From Okamejei kenojei (Eukaryota), in assembly GCA_035221665.1 (NCBI GenBank), contig CM069133.1, forward strand, positions 10,354,001-10,418,000: a stretch of 64,000 bases of DNA, read 5' to 3'. The notes beneath the pieces are model-generated. The model worked only from the letters and a program-made list of their open reading frames with translations. It did not search any database and was not told the DNA's origin. Below are positions 1-13,500 of this stretch, piece by piece; the first letter of the stretch is position 1; every line of letters starts with the position of its first letter. Both the position numbers and the translations under genes were made by a program.

Positions 1-799
1 ATTCCCAATTAAGCTTTAAATGTTTGCAAATTATTTCACATAGCAACCAATACGTAACAACCTGAATTTGGTGATTGTAACTGCTAAGTAACTCATGACA
101 GAAGGATAAGTATTTGCGGAGTCGTGATTCCATGTTCCAAACAAAATTCCAAACTTTCTAGGTGAAGTAATACATTCCAGTAGAAAACTATTAGACACTA
201 GACCCTTTCACAAAGCACATCATTTAAAAAAAAAATCAGCTTTGATCCCCCTCTCTTTAAATTGTCGTGGCTCAAACTAGTCTCTCTTCTGCAAGATATA
301 TTTTCAAGAATATCTTCTTGGCAATTTCCAAATTTGCGTTCTTGGAATGCACACGGATACCTGGGAAATGAGGCAGAATAAAAAATGTAATTTTGTGTTG
401 CTCTGAGAATGCTTACAAAGCTCAGCTACAAATTTTCACAACAGTAAAAGTGCTAATAGGATAAAATAAAAATTTATCAACAGTCATGCCATTCAATTTA
501 GAACTAAAGCCATATATTTTAAGGAGTGAAATACATCTTGGTCAGTAGTGTACAATGGGCAAGGTTCTTCATCATTGACATTCCCTTAATCATAAGGACA
601 GGATTACGTGTTTTTTACAGACATTTCCAATTTCTTAAATCCATCTACAATTTCTTAACTCCCTCGATAATAAAGTGGCGGGTCTTGTATGTAATATCCA
701 GCTGTCGAAAAACTGGACGTTTCTGTTATTTCTGCTAGCTGCAAGCTTTCCTGCTTTGTTTACAATGGCTTCACCAGTTCAACTCCCACACTCCAAAGG

Positions 800-1235
800 G
801 TGTCAAAGCGCCAAACTAACCTATTCAAGTACTTATCCAGACAGTCCTTAAATGCACTCAGCAATTCAGATTCAGCCAGTGTACTCTTGATAATTAGCAC
901 TCTGGGTGACGAAGATTCCCCTTTGATCTCCTCTACGTCTCTTCCCCCCCCTGGCCTAAACCTGTGTCCTCTAGTTTTATCTGCCTCTGATGTGGGACCA
1001 TTTTTCCTGCGTTGTACACTATGAACACCCCTCATCATTTAATACACCTCAATAATGATACCTTTGAACCTTCATCTGCTCCAGGGAGAATAGACCTAGC
1101 TTCTCCAGTCTCTCACAGAAAAAACTGCTCTATTCTAGGCAACATTCTGCTAAATGTCCTGTGCGCCCGATCAGTGCCAGCACATCCTTCCTATATTTTG
1201 GTGCCCACAACTGTATGAAGTACTCCAGCTGGAGT
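800..1235 (-). mobile_element. Old CR1-like LINE 3' fragment
   Basis: Degenerate CR1 ORF2 C-terminal sequence (cacaactgtatgaagtactccag = LEYxxQxW motif on the minus strand). Confidence 0.55.
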
Positions 1236-1249
1236 CTATCTTAAGAAGA

Positions 1250-1340
1250 TAGACACAAAATGTTGGAGTAACTCGGCGGGACAGGCTGCATCCTGGAGAG
1301 AAGGAATGGGTAAAGTTTCGGGTCGAGACCCTTTTTCACG
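1250..1340 (-). mobile_element. Penelope-type short repeat with degenerate hammerhead core
   Basis: gacacaaaatgttggagtaactc...gtttcgggtcgagaccctttttca; same family as 7043, 9553, 31791 and 56119. Confidence 0.6.
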
Positions 1341-1589
1341 CCGAAAATAGACACGATGTGGTTTTATGGAGTTGGAGTATATTTCTCCCGACTTCTGTAT
1401 TCAACCTCACAAGCCTTCACATATAACATATTTCACATTCTGTTTGCTGCAGCAAGTAAGACTTTCATTGTCCCGTCCTGGACATATGACTCTTGACTCT
1501 TGCCTTCCTAACCACATTATCTTCAACAATCTATGGCTTTGTCTTTTAAGGTCTCTCTGTTTCCCAATACTCCCTATGACCCTTTTGTT

Positions 1590-2240
1590 CATAAGTTCCA
1601 GAAGCAGAATTAGGCTATTTGGCCCATCAAGTCGACTGCCATTCATTCATGGCTGATCTAGCTTTCTTTCTCAACACCATTCTCCTGCCTTCTCCCCATA
1701 ACCCATGACACCCTTACTAATCGAGAATCCGTCAATCTCCGCCTTTAAAATATCCATTGACTTGGCCTCGAGCCGTCCGTGGCAATGAATTGCGCAGATT
1801 CACCACCCTCCGACTAAAGAAATTCCTCCTCATCTCCTTTCTCAAGGTACTTCCATTTATTCTGAAGGGCCTGTCTTACTTTCCCGAGTTACTCACGAAT
1901 TCTCCTGAGTATTCCCCTTGATTAAAACTTGGAGAATTACCGTAATAGCCAGCTGTAGGTACTCAGGCTATTTATTTTACTCGTGGACATTTCGCAACAT
2001 AATTTCCCGACTTACTTGATGCCCCGAATACCTCCGGCTGGCATTACGAGCCACTACAAAATATCTACGGACTCCTACGGACTCGCTACGGACATTCTCC
2101 AAGTTTGAATCATGGGGAAAATTCGGGAGAATTTGTGAGTAACTCGGGAAAGTAAGACAGGGTCTTTAGGCTATGACCTCTGGTCCTTGACTCTCCCACT
2201 AGTGGAAACATTTGCCTCGCTACATTCACTCTTTCCAAGC
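1590..2240 (-). mobile_element. CR1/HER1-like LINE 3' end interrupted by a MITE
   Basis: Typical CR1 3' sequence on both sides of 1866-2165 (minus-strand peptide MFPLVGESRTRGHSL). Confidence 0.8.
1866..2165. mobile_element. MITE, Harbinger/PIF-like, family A
   Basis: ~70-bp terminal inverted repeats AGGGCCTGTCTTACTTTCCCGAGTTACTCAC... / ...GTGAGTAACTCGGGAAAGTAAGACAGGGTCT; flanked by TGA/TTA. Confidence 0.85.
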
Positions 2241-3509
2241 CTGTATTCATGCTGTATATCCTGGCTTTATTAGTACTCCCAAGATGTATCATCTCATGTC
2301 TGAATTAAACTCCATCTGCCATTTTGCATTCCTCTTTACAACCACTTTGATATTGCTCTGCAACATAAGGCTACCTTCCACAATAACACCAACTCAGCCG
2401 ATCTTCATGTTATCCGTCAATTACTGATCTTGTCTCCCGTATCTCCCATTCATATTTCAGAAATCCCAAGGGTCCCAGCACTGATCTATGTAGGATACCA
2501 CAATTAATAGACATCCAATCACGGAAACAACCTTCTACCATCTCTTTCTATCTCCTATTGCCAAGCCAATGTCACTATGCTACTTCAATTACATTGATAA
2601 GCGAATTAAATAGATCTATGGATTTAGTCTGAACAAGAAATTAAAGAGGGAGATGCAATTGCATTTTCATTGTTAAGCATTAAACAAATTAAGGCATAAT
2701 GAATAGTAGTAGCATGCAATATATCTTGCGTGGCTACAAGTTTTATTTTAAAGTAGCAACAATCTAAAAGCATACACACAAAGCTTAGTTAAACATTGTG
2801 ATTAGATATTTTTACGTCATGTTTTTGTTTTGTGGGAAGCCTGGATTCTCTGATAAGAAGTGTGACCATGTAAGATTTAGCTTGTACTGGTAAAAGCAAC
2901 AAGATTAAAAAATAAGTACATCTGGATCAAATGTGGTCATACAATAAGGAAATGCGTAATCAGTATTTGGTCACATTTAACTCTTGGAAAGAAAATTAAC
3001 AGGCATAGATCAAATATAAATGCATATTTTTATGATGATTGTATAGGAATTGCAACACACAAACAGTTGATTTGACTGATCAAGTTCACAGTCTTTAAGG
3101 TGCAGTCAGCCCTATAGCCTTGCAAGTTTATTTCCTCAATGTATCTAATTTCTTCTTGAAATCAGCAATCATCACACACGCACACAGCAACGCCATATCC
3201 CTCACTGTACAAAAAGGTTCTTTCTTCTGACTCCCTTACCTCTAATTCATGCCATTAAACCGACCCTAATGAATAGTAGTTTGGGAGCACTGGCACTACG
3301 CAGACTGCATTGGTTTAAGGGGCAATTCGCTGCGAACTGAGGCTGGACATTTAATATTGGCTTTGCAACACCCAAATTACAGGGATGAGAACTGAAAACT
3401 ACTCAGATGTTCTCCACTTCATATTATCAAGGTGGCATAGAGCTGCAGCCTAAGGCAGAGCTGAGCATCCAGGTTACAGTGCAGTTCAGCAATAGTATGC
3501 GGTCTCACA

Positions 3510-3843
3510 TGTTCACAAAGGCCTAGATAGAGTGGATGTGGAGAGGATGTTTCCAGTAGTGGGGGGGTCTAGGACCCACGGGCACAGCCACAGAATAAAC
3601 GGACGTACCTTTGGAATTGAGATGCAAAGGAATTTCTTCAGCCAGAGGGTGGTGAATCTGTGGATTCATTACCGCAGCCAGAGGTGGAGGCCAAGTCATT
3701 GGGTATTTTGGTCAGTAAGGGTGTCAAAGGTTACAGGGAGAAGGCAGGAGTATGGGGTTGAGAGGGAAATATAAATCAGCCATGAATGAATGGCAGAGCA
3801 GACTTGATGGGCCGAATGACCTAATTCCGGTCTTGTTTATGAT
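3510..3843 (+). mobile_element. CR1 LINE 3' fragment
   Basis: ORF 3532-3774 (MFPVVGGSRTHGHS...FFSQRVVNLW) followed by a CR1 3'UTR. Confidence 0.85.
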
Positions 3844-3847
3844 GAAA

Positions 3848-4045
3848 CTAGACTAAGTGGGACCCGTTGGGTCCCAGTCACATGGGGGGAGGGGGAGTGT
3901 GTGGGCTCACCGGCTCCTGGCCCCGGCTCCTACCGCACTCACCGGGTCCAGGACTCACTCAGTGGCTCCTGTCCCCTGCGCCTGTCGCGCTCTCAGCCCC
4001 CGCCCGTGAACACAGCCCGCTCCCGCCCGTGTGTACTCAGAGATT
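3848..4045 (-). mobile_element. Helitron-like non-autonomous fragment (3' terminus)
   Basis: The minus strand ends with the hairpin TGGGACCC-AAC-GGGTCCCA, a 6-nt spacer, then CTAG|T, which is the canonical Helitron 3' signature. The 5' boundary is uncertain. Confidence 0.6.
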
Positions 4046-4464
4046 TAGATTATAGCAGACATTTCAAGGCACTGGAAGTGAAAGATAGATTTAACTCTTA
4101 GGGCTAAAGGAATCAAGGGATAGGGGGTAAAAGCAGGAACGGGGTACTGATTTTAGATGATCAGCCATGATCATATTGAATGGCCTATGCCTGCACCTAT
4201 TTTTCTGTTTCTAAGAATACCACTTTGAAGGCTGTCCCCTTCAAAACATGTAAAACGACTAGCAGGTTAGCCAAACTAACATCAGTGTCCTCTCACAAGC
4301 CAACAACTCCAAAACTGAGCCCCCAATTATACTCTTTTGGATCCTTTTGCTGACTGCACCATTTGCATGCCTATCACCAGACTCACAATACAGATACCCA
4401 CTGTGAGCTGTGTTGCAGGAGGTGATTACCAGAGCAACATAGATACATGGCCACCCGGCCATTC

Positions 4465-6385
4465 GAACCAGCGCTGCCATTTAATGTGATTATGGCTGAT
4501 CATCCACAATTAGTACCCCGTTCCTGCCCTCTCCCTATACTTCTTGATTCTGCAAGGCCTAACTCTATCTAACTCCCTTTTGAATGCATCCAGTGAATTG
4601 GCCTCCACTGCCTTCTGTGGCAGAGAATTCCACAAATTTACAACTCTTTGTGTGAAAAGGTTTTTCGTCATCCCAGTTATAAATGGCCTCCCCCTTATTC
4701 TTAAACTGTGGCACCTGGTTCTCGACTTCCCCAACATCAAGAACATGTTTCCTGCACACCTCTCATCCTTCTACATTCCAGTGAATACAGGCCCTGTTGC
4801 TCCATTCTTTCCAACATATGACAGTCCCGCCATCCTGGGAATTAACCTCGTAACCTACGCTGCAGCCCCTCAATAGCAAGAATGTCCTTCCTCAAATTAG
4901 GAGACCAAAACTGCACACAATACTCCAGGTGTGGTCTCACCAGGGCCCTGTCCAACTGCAGAAGAACCTCTTTGCTCCTGTACTCAACTCCTCTCGTTAT
5001 GAAGGCCAACATGCCATTAGCTTTCTTCATTGCCTGCTGTACCTGCATGCTTACTTTCAGTGACTGATGTACAAGGACACCCAGATCTCGTTGTACTTCC
5101 CCTTTTCCTAACCTGACACCATTCAGGTAATAATCTGCCTTCCCGTTTTTGCCACCAAAGTGGATAACCTCACATTTATCCACGTTTTACTGCATTAGTC
5201 ATGCATCTGCCCACTCACCCAACCTGTCCAAGTCACTCTGCATCCTCAAAGCATCCTTCTCACAGTTCACACTGCCACCCAGCTTTGTGTCATCTGCAAA
5301 TTTGCTAATTTTACTTTTAATTCCTTCATCTAAATCATTAATGTACATTGTTAATAGCTGCGGTCCCAGCACTGAGCCTTGCAGCACTCCACCAGTCACT
5401 GCCTGCCATTCTGAAAGACACCCATTAGTCCCTACTCTTTGTTTCCTGTCTGCCAACCAATTTTCTATCCACATCAATACCCTACCCCCAATACCATGTG
5501 CTCTAATTTTGCCCACTAATCTCCTGTGAGGGTCCTTATCAAAGGCTTTCTGAAAGTCCAGATACACTATATCCACTGGCTCTCCCTTGTCCGTTTTACT
5601 TATTACATCCTCCTAAAATTCTAAAAAAATTGTCAAGCATGCTGCCCCCTTCGTAAATCCATTCTGACTTGGACCAGTCCTGTTACTGTCCAAATGTGCC
5701 ACTTTACATCTTTAATAATTGACCCCAGAATCTTCCCACCACTGATGTCAGTCTATAATTCCCTGCTTTCCCTCCTTGAAAAGTGGGATAACATAAGCTA
5801 CTCTCCAATCCACAGGAACTGATCCAGAATATATAGAACATTGGAAAATGATTACCAATGCGTCCACAATTTCTAGAGCCATTTCCTAGGATGGAGATCA
5901 TCAGGCCCTGGGGATTTATCGGCCTTCAGTCCCATCAGACTACCCAACACCATTTCTTGACATGTGAATTTCATTCAGTTCCTCTGTCACCCTAGATCCT
6001 CTATCCCCTAGTACATCTGGGAGTTTGTTAGTGTCTTCCTTAGTGAAGACAGAACCAAAGTTCCCCATAATAAATTCATCTGTTTCTGTCTTCAAGGGAC
6101 CCACATTTGTCATAACTATTTTTTTCCTCATCATATACCTAAAGAAGGTTTTACTGCCCTCCTTTATATTCTTGGTTAGCTTACATTTGTACTTCATATT
6201 TTCTCCCCGTATTGCCTTTTTAGTTATCTTCTGTTGATCTTTAAAATGTTTCCCAATCCTCTGGCATCCCGCTCATTTTTGCTATGTTAAAAAAGAGAAT
6301 ACGTCTTCTCTTTTATTTGTATACTGTGCTTGACTTCCCTTGCCAGCCACGGTCGCCTCTTACTCCCCTTAGAATCTTTCTAAGA
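4465..6385 (-). mobile_element. CR1 (HER1-like) LINE, 5'-truncated, disrupted ORF2 reverse transcriptase
   Basis: ORF pieces 5940-6197, 5199-5576 (YLDFQKAFDK, QGSVLGP, KFADDTK), 4842-5183 (LVRPHLEYCVQFWSP) and 4510-4746, with frameshifts and deletions. Confidence 0.93.
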
Positions 6386-7042
6386 GAATATTCTTAAAGT
6401 CTCCTCTCAAAAATGCAGCGTACTCACTGGCTGGTTACCTTGGCTACTGGACGCAGAGGTGTGTAGGGGATGGTGCTGGGAACCTTGGATTGAGAATAAA
6501 CAAAAGCCCAATTCAAACAGAATGAGTACACCATCTCACAATCTACCATCCACGTGTCTGGTCAGGCCCCTCCTGTACATCTGTGGAATGTAGAATGGTA
6601 CTGCACAAATCAGCTCCTTCATCCCGTAATGTCCGTGTCAAACATGATAAGTTGGGTGGGCTCACATTTGCCTCATTAATCTCCTTAAGAGTCCGAGCAA
6701 ATCATTCTCTTCACATGAGATTGCCAGAAAAATAGAGTGCCAGGAGAACAGGCAACATTTATCCTCTAAATATTTTGTACACATAGACATTGAAATAAAG
6801 ATGGAGCAAGTTAGAATTTAATTGTTCCGGTTCATATCCGATGTATGGCAGATAAATACAGTTGAATTGCAAGAGTCTGGAACAGAAATTAATTCCCTCT
6901 GCCAGAAAGTGTAAGCCTACGTCCTGCTTGATAGTGACCCCCTGCAATTACTTGAACAAGCTGCATTTAGTGCTGCATAGGGTTCGGAAAGCCAGGGTTG
7001 AATCAATCGTTGGAGCAATCAATGAAGCAATGATGATCCTCA

Positions 7043-7180
7043 AGGAAGGGTCTCGACCCGAAACGTCGCCTATCTCCTTCGCTCCTTAGATGCTGCTGCA
7101 CCCGCTGAGTTTCTCCAGCTTTTTGTGTACCCTCGATTCTTCAGCATCTGCAGTTCTTTCTTTAAAACTTTGTCTACTCC
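7043..7180 (+). mobile_element. Penelope-type short repeat with hammerhead-like helix II/GAAACGUC, apparent 10-bp TSD
   Basis: gaagggtctcgacccgaaacgtc...; flanked by the direct repeat ATGATCCTCA (7033-7042 and 7181-7190). Confidence 0.6.
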
Positions 7181-7190
7181 ATGATCCTCA

Positions 7191-7692
7191 AGGGCCTGTC
7201 CCACCATCATGCGACTGCATGCGGTGATCGCAACCAAACGTGGTGGCTTGAGGCGTACGACCTCGCGGGGCCGGTCCCACTTCCAACCGTGGAGCCGTGT
7301 GGAGCTGGTCCCGACATACCAATCAGCTGGGCCGGAGGCGGGCCGACTGAATTTGGACGTCGCATGGCGTCAGGCGGAGACGTCATCGCGCAACGGCACG
7401 TTGGGCGGTGATGTCATCGCGTAACGCCACGCGCTAGATGTACGCCGTCAAGACGCTGCGTACACCCATTGAGGCGCTGTGTACGGCCTCAATGCGGCTG
7501 TGGGCCAACAGGCCGTTGCCGCGCCGGATTTTTGAACAGTGTGATATTTCTCGGACGCCCGCGTGATGTCGGGACCAGCCCCGCACAACTCCATACGCCT
7601 CCGTCGATCGAAGTGGGACCAGCCCCGCGAGGCCGTACGGCTCAAGCGACCACGTTAGGTCGTGCTCGTCACTTGCTGGTGGGACAGGCCCT
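7191..7692. mobile_element. MITE, Harbinger/PIF-like, family B
   Basis: Termini AGGGCCTGTCCCACCA / TGGTGGGACAGGCCCT, long imperfect TIRs, perfect TCA target duplication (7188-7190, 7693-7695), CpG-rich. Confidence 0.9.
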
Positions 7693-7749
7693 TCACTGCT
7701 GAAAATCTGGATCATCCACCGGAGTTATTACACCCAATTCTAAGCAGAA

Positions 7750-7990
7750 GTTTAGTTTAGTTTAGAGATACAGTGCGGAAGCAGGCCCTTCGGCCCACTG
7801 AGTCCGCACACACTAGGGGACTAATTTTAGATTTATGCCATGCCAATTAACCTACAAACCTGTACGTCTTTGGAGTGTGGGAGGAAACTGAAGTGCTTGG
7901 AGAAAACCCACGCAGGCCACGAGGAGAACGTACAAACTCCGTACAGATAAGCATCCATAGTCAGGATTGAACCCAGGTCTCTGGCACTGG
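7750..7990 (-). mobile_element. HE1-type V-SINE
   Basis: V-domain (ctttggagtgtgggaggaaac...gagaacgtacaaactcc), B-box remnant and CR1-like tail with (tttag)n. Confidence 0.85.
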
Positions 7991-9552
7991 AAACTCAGTT
8001 TAGGGTTGGTAAGGGGATATGTAGTTGTTTCTTACCTGTCCCCTGAAATGCCTAAAGAAGTCTGCAATTCTCAGAGAATTAGGGATAACTGATGGCTTTG
8101 GCCAGCATGTCCATTTCCCATAAGTGAATAAATAAAACATGAGGACATTTGAATGTCCTAGTGACTAGGTTTATACAACTTTGCAAGCAGAAAATAATTA
8201 CATTCAATTTTCTCCACAGATATAAAATGAATTAAAATCTACTAAAGACTAACTCTTTCATGTTGCTTAATGGGCCAAGTCACTTATTCTTATATTGCGT
8301 CCAAGTATCTTATTCCAATTAGCTTTACTTATTCCTTGCTTTCGTATCTTTTTACCATCTGGGTCGGTCGACGATTATATTTTGAGTCGTTTGCGATCAA
8401 TCAGTTCTGTATGTTTGTAATTAAACTTCCTCCCCTCCTTCGAAATGGTCCAGAATATTATTATTAATCATGATCACTTACATCAGTTCATTATTTACTT
8501 TATGAGTACATTACGAATTTGTGATCTGAGAGTTTGTTTCAACTCATTATCGCACCACATGCCTCAAATGCAAAGGCAGTTATCACAGGCATTTAAGTTT
8601 GCATGCATCTTCTCATCACCTAACATCATTGTGGACCAATTAAAATGTGATTTGATAGCTTGTTCTGCTGATTAGCTTGCTTTTCAACAAAAGAAAATAT
8701 GTAGACCAGAGGGAAAAAAACAGGCTTAAGTTAATTTCTGTCAATTAATGAGAGGCTTAGAAGTGTAAGCATGTTTTTTTTGATGAGTTTTAACTTTATA
8801 AGGGCATCAGCATTTAAAGTTCCGACGCAATTGACAAAAGATTTTTATGTGAGCAAAGAAATAAATTATTCAATTAAGAAAATGAAAATCATTTCAACAG
8901 AAGCCTGTAAAGAAGCCTTTATGGACTGATCTATTTTTAAGAACAAAGATGAAGGCATAATGTGAACCAATAAAAAAAAATGTGCAAAGGACGGTATTTG
9001 CACTTGTTATGTGTTTTCATTTCCGTCCACCAGGCATAATAACTCGGGTGCATTTTACACAATCTATCTGCGAGCCAGATGGATTTTATTTTCCATTTTA
9101 TTATAACCCCAAAAAATGTCTAATTAAAAAAATGACATTGTTTTTCCAAAATAACTGTTTTTTATTTTGTGAAACTTAACTTTTTGATTAACACTTTAAA
9201 AAAAAAATGACAATGAAATAAAGATCTTATTTGAAGTTGAAAAATAACTGAGTAAAAATAGTATAATCCTAAGATCTATACCTTTATTATTACCACTTTT
9301 TCAGGAGCACGGGATGAGCAATAAACATCAACAAAGCCCATATCCTGAGAAATTAGTCAATAACAAAATGACCAGAACATATTTAAATGACTGTTGATTT
9401 AATAGTTAACCAGCTCTTTCTCACTTAATATGTTTTACTCCTCACAGAATTTTAGAAATAATTAATTTGATTGAATCGTCTTCTGGTAACTCATTATGTA
9501 AAATGAAAAAAAAAATTGTTGATTGGTTTAAACAAGTACTTCCAGCATTGTT

Positions 9553-9643
9553 AGACACAAAATGCTGGAGTAACTCAGCAGATCAGGCAGCATCTCTGGA
9601 GAAAATGGATGGGTAGCATTTTGGGTCGGAACCCTTCTTCAGA
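9553..9643 (-). mobile_element. Penelope-type short repeat with degenerate hammerhead core
   Basis: Minus strand reads CTGAAGAAGGGTTCCGACCCAAAATGC (CpG-decayed GAAAC). Confidence 0.6.
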
Positions 9644-9799
9644 CTTTTAATTACTTCCAACATTGTGTTCAGTCTTTTGCCCACTAATGCACCAGGTCTT
9701 TCTAGAAGGAAATCTAAGTAGTATGTTACAGTTATAGCTTTATGAAAAGCCCAGTTACTATCGCAGGTAAACCATTTTTTGAAAATGATGAACATTTAG

Positions 9800-10508
<709 letters not shown>

Positions 10509-13500
10509 TAAGATATTAAAGGTGGCAACATGTAACAACATTGTATTCCCTGAAGCTAACAAATTAATTAGATCGATAAACAGTTATTCCATTCAGTTAC
10601 AAGACAGAGTAGCTAAATATGCAGCACTTCACTATTATTTGAAACTCTTGTAATAAACTTTGCAAATGTAACAACTTATCTAGTAAGTATAAATTTGTTA
10701 TATTCAGTTACACAATGTACTCAGAGCGAACTGCTCCCATGCTGCTTTTGCCACTTCATAGCATCACCTTCAGATTAGTTGATTTTCGTTCACATTACGA
10801 TGTTTTGACATCACTGTACATCAATAAAGCAATAATATTATTTTTTTATAGATAAGTATTTGTAACATATTACCCCTCAAGGACCAGAAATTGAAGTTTG
10901 GCTCAAAAATGTGTTTTATTTGTTCCTATTTACTCATTTGGTCTAGAACCAATTAAAGATTTTACATCTTGTGATTTGTAGTTTAATTTGTAAGCCTCCA
11001 GTGTTGGCTCTGCGCTCAGCATTGATCATACACCCTCCTTTGTATGGAAGCTACTGCTTTCATAAAGATGGAATGTCAATATACCTACATTTTGATTGTG
11101 GAATATTAATATTCTTCAGTGTTTTCAGAATCTGCTCAAATTATTGGGAGATCCTGAAACCAGAGAAGGTGTTTCAGGTTATGTGGAACATGTAATGTTA
11201 TTCCATTTTTGATTCGCATTTCTCATGAGGGAAATATATTGCTGATTTTTAAAGATTCTCTAGGCACTGATTGAATAGATGAACAGCTTAAAGTTACTCT
11301 TGTAAACCAAAAACAGAAAATATACAAAATTGCATTCGGTTTCTGACATGGAAAGAGATTAGAAGTTTGGATTGCACCCTTCAAAACTTCCCAACAAGGA
11401 TTGTAACCATAATCCTGTGATTCTCTCTCAGTTAACAGATTCTGATTATGTTACTGTTCATGAAATGGTTTAGAAAAACAATTATATAAATTGAAGTGAG
11501 GGAACGTGGGTAAAGTCCAAATAACAAATTGAGACCTCAGTTATGACAACAATGGCAAATTGTTAGATCACTGCCTTTTTCCTTCAGTGTTTTATTGAAA
11601 CACAAAGTTTCAGTCTTCCCTAGTTCGCATTAAGCTGCAAGGTGCGCTGTGTTACCGGTGCGAACAATAAATGAAGCTGAATAGAATGCTTGCTAAAATT
11701 ACTTGCATAGGTGACAAAGAAAGCTTCAATAACACAGAGCAAAAACTCAGCTTTTCTTTAGTTTTATTTTTGGCTGTTTGGAAAAAATATTTATTTGTTT
11801 ACCTGATCTGAGTTCAGTTTTTTTTTGTAAAACAGGCTACTTCGCAGCCAAAGACAGCGTGGTTTCATGCCTGGAGGAAATAGCTCTGCAGTGTGCGTGG
11901 GTGTTGAAAACGAGTTTACTGATGTTCCGTGCAATTAGCATGTCGTTGCCTGATAATTATTGGTGTGGCTGCAATGGCGCACAACCCCAAAAAGCTCTTC
12001 AGACATGTTTAGACAGGTTGAAAAAGTTTGTACCCTTGGGGAAAATGTGTGGAAAGAGTAAATTATGAATTATTTTTTAAAGTCCTTGCTTAAAATCGGA
12101 TTGTTGCAATATGCAGCTATCTGATTTTAATATTCACAATATTTAATATATAATTAAGGCGACGGAAGTAGCATAATCATCATCCTACTAATGTGGCTGT
12201 TGAAATATTCCAGCACAAATACAGGTTTATCAAAGAACATTGCACTGAAGTACAGCTTCGATTGTATGCTTGTCATTTGAGTGAGGTTGAGCCCATGGCT
12301 TTTTTCTCTTTGATATTTATTTTAGAGAAACTCATCTGGAATTGCCTTTAAAAATAAAAAATAATGTACTTTAAGACAAGACTGGGGGCAATAGGAAGAG
12401 TGGCCAAAGAGTGGCCAGTTCTGTGGAAGATTTTAAAAGAAAAAGTTTAGACTTTAGAAGAAAATTCCAATGACTGTCTTGCATTTCCCCCCCCCCCCCA
12501 AAAAAAAAAAGCGGCACACAAAAACCTATATTCAGAGAACTACCAGGAAAATTGATATGGGTGCAATGCCAGCAGCAACTTCAGGGATTTAATTGTTTGC
12601 TGAAAATATAAATTGCACTCAAATTGCAGTGTTTTTTGTACAAATGAGCACATCCACATACATTCATCACTGAGAATGCGCTTCTTAACACTCTTGGAGA
12701 TTAAGTTCTGGATAACTAGTAATCACAGACTTATGTTGCAGACAAGAATGAATTAAGGCTGACAATTGGAGCAAAAACAATTATGATGTTGATGGTTTTG
12801 TTGAGAGGGTAGGATGAGCATGGAGGGACCAGCAATTTGATTGTTCGTTGGGGTGGATTGGTGTCTGAATGGTGTTTGTGGGTGAAGGGAGGAAGAGTTT
12901 ACTCAGTTTAATGGCAAGAGGTGGGATAAGAAGGGGGAATGATAAGGATGAGCCATTGGTTTGAAAGTGATGATGAGAGGTACGGAAATTGGGACCAAAA
13001 TTTGAATGCCAATAATGGGGAGGGGGATTGTTGAAATTGATACCAACAGTTTGAATGGTTAGAATGAAAGGAATTAGTAGGGAGTTTAGAGACTGGGATT
13101 TGGACAAATTCTGGTTTAGGGAAGAGGAGATAGTGTGTTTCCAAAGCCTAGGCCTTGTGCTATTGCAGGACTGGGCCTGATGTCGGGATGGTGCTGTATT
13201 GGAACAGATGGAAGGATTCAAGATAAATTGTTGATCTTCCTTTCTATTCCAATCATACAAATCTTTGAAGAAAGGAGTATTTTAAATTTGATGTATGGAA
13301 GAACTGGGAACTGACAGGGACAATGATCATGATGCGGGAAAGCAAAGTGGGACAGCGTATGTGTAACAACATTTGGAACATATTGTAAAATAGACAGCAA
13401 GAACAATACTAGAATGCAAATAGATACGAATTAGGAAAAGAAGCGTTATATTTGGCTGCTTAAGCCTGCTTTTTAAATTGTCTGGAGGTGATAAAGGCTT

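Noticed and set aside
4842-5576. Reverse transcriptase ORFs as a functional or domesticated gene
   Set aside because: Frameshifted, internally deleted, 5'-truncated CR1 copy.
7181-7715. Overlapping ORFs on both strands in GC-rich patches (also 27548-28035 and 33823-34425)
   Set aside because: They lie within MITEs or retroposons; high GC explains the lack of stops, and no transposase motifs are visible.
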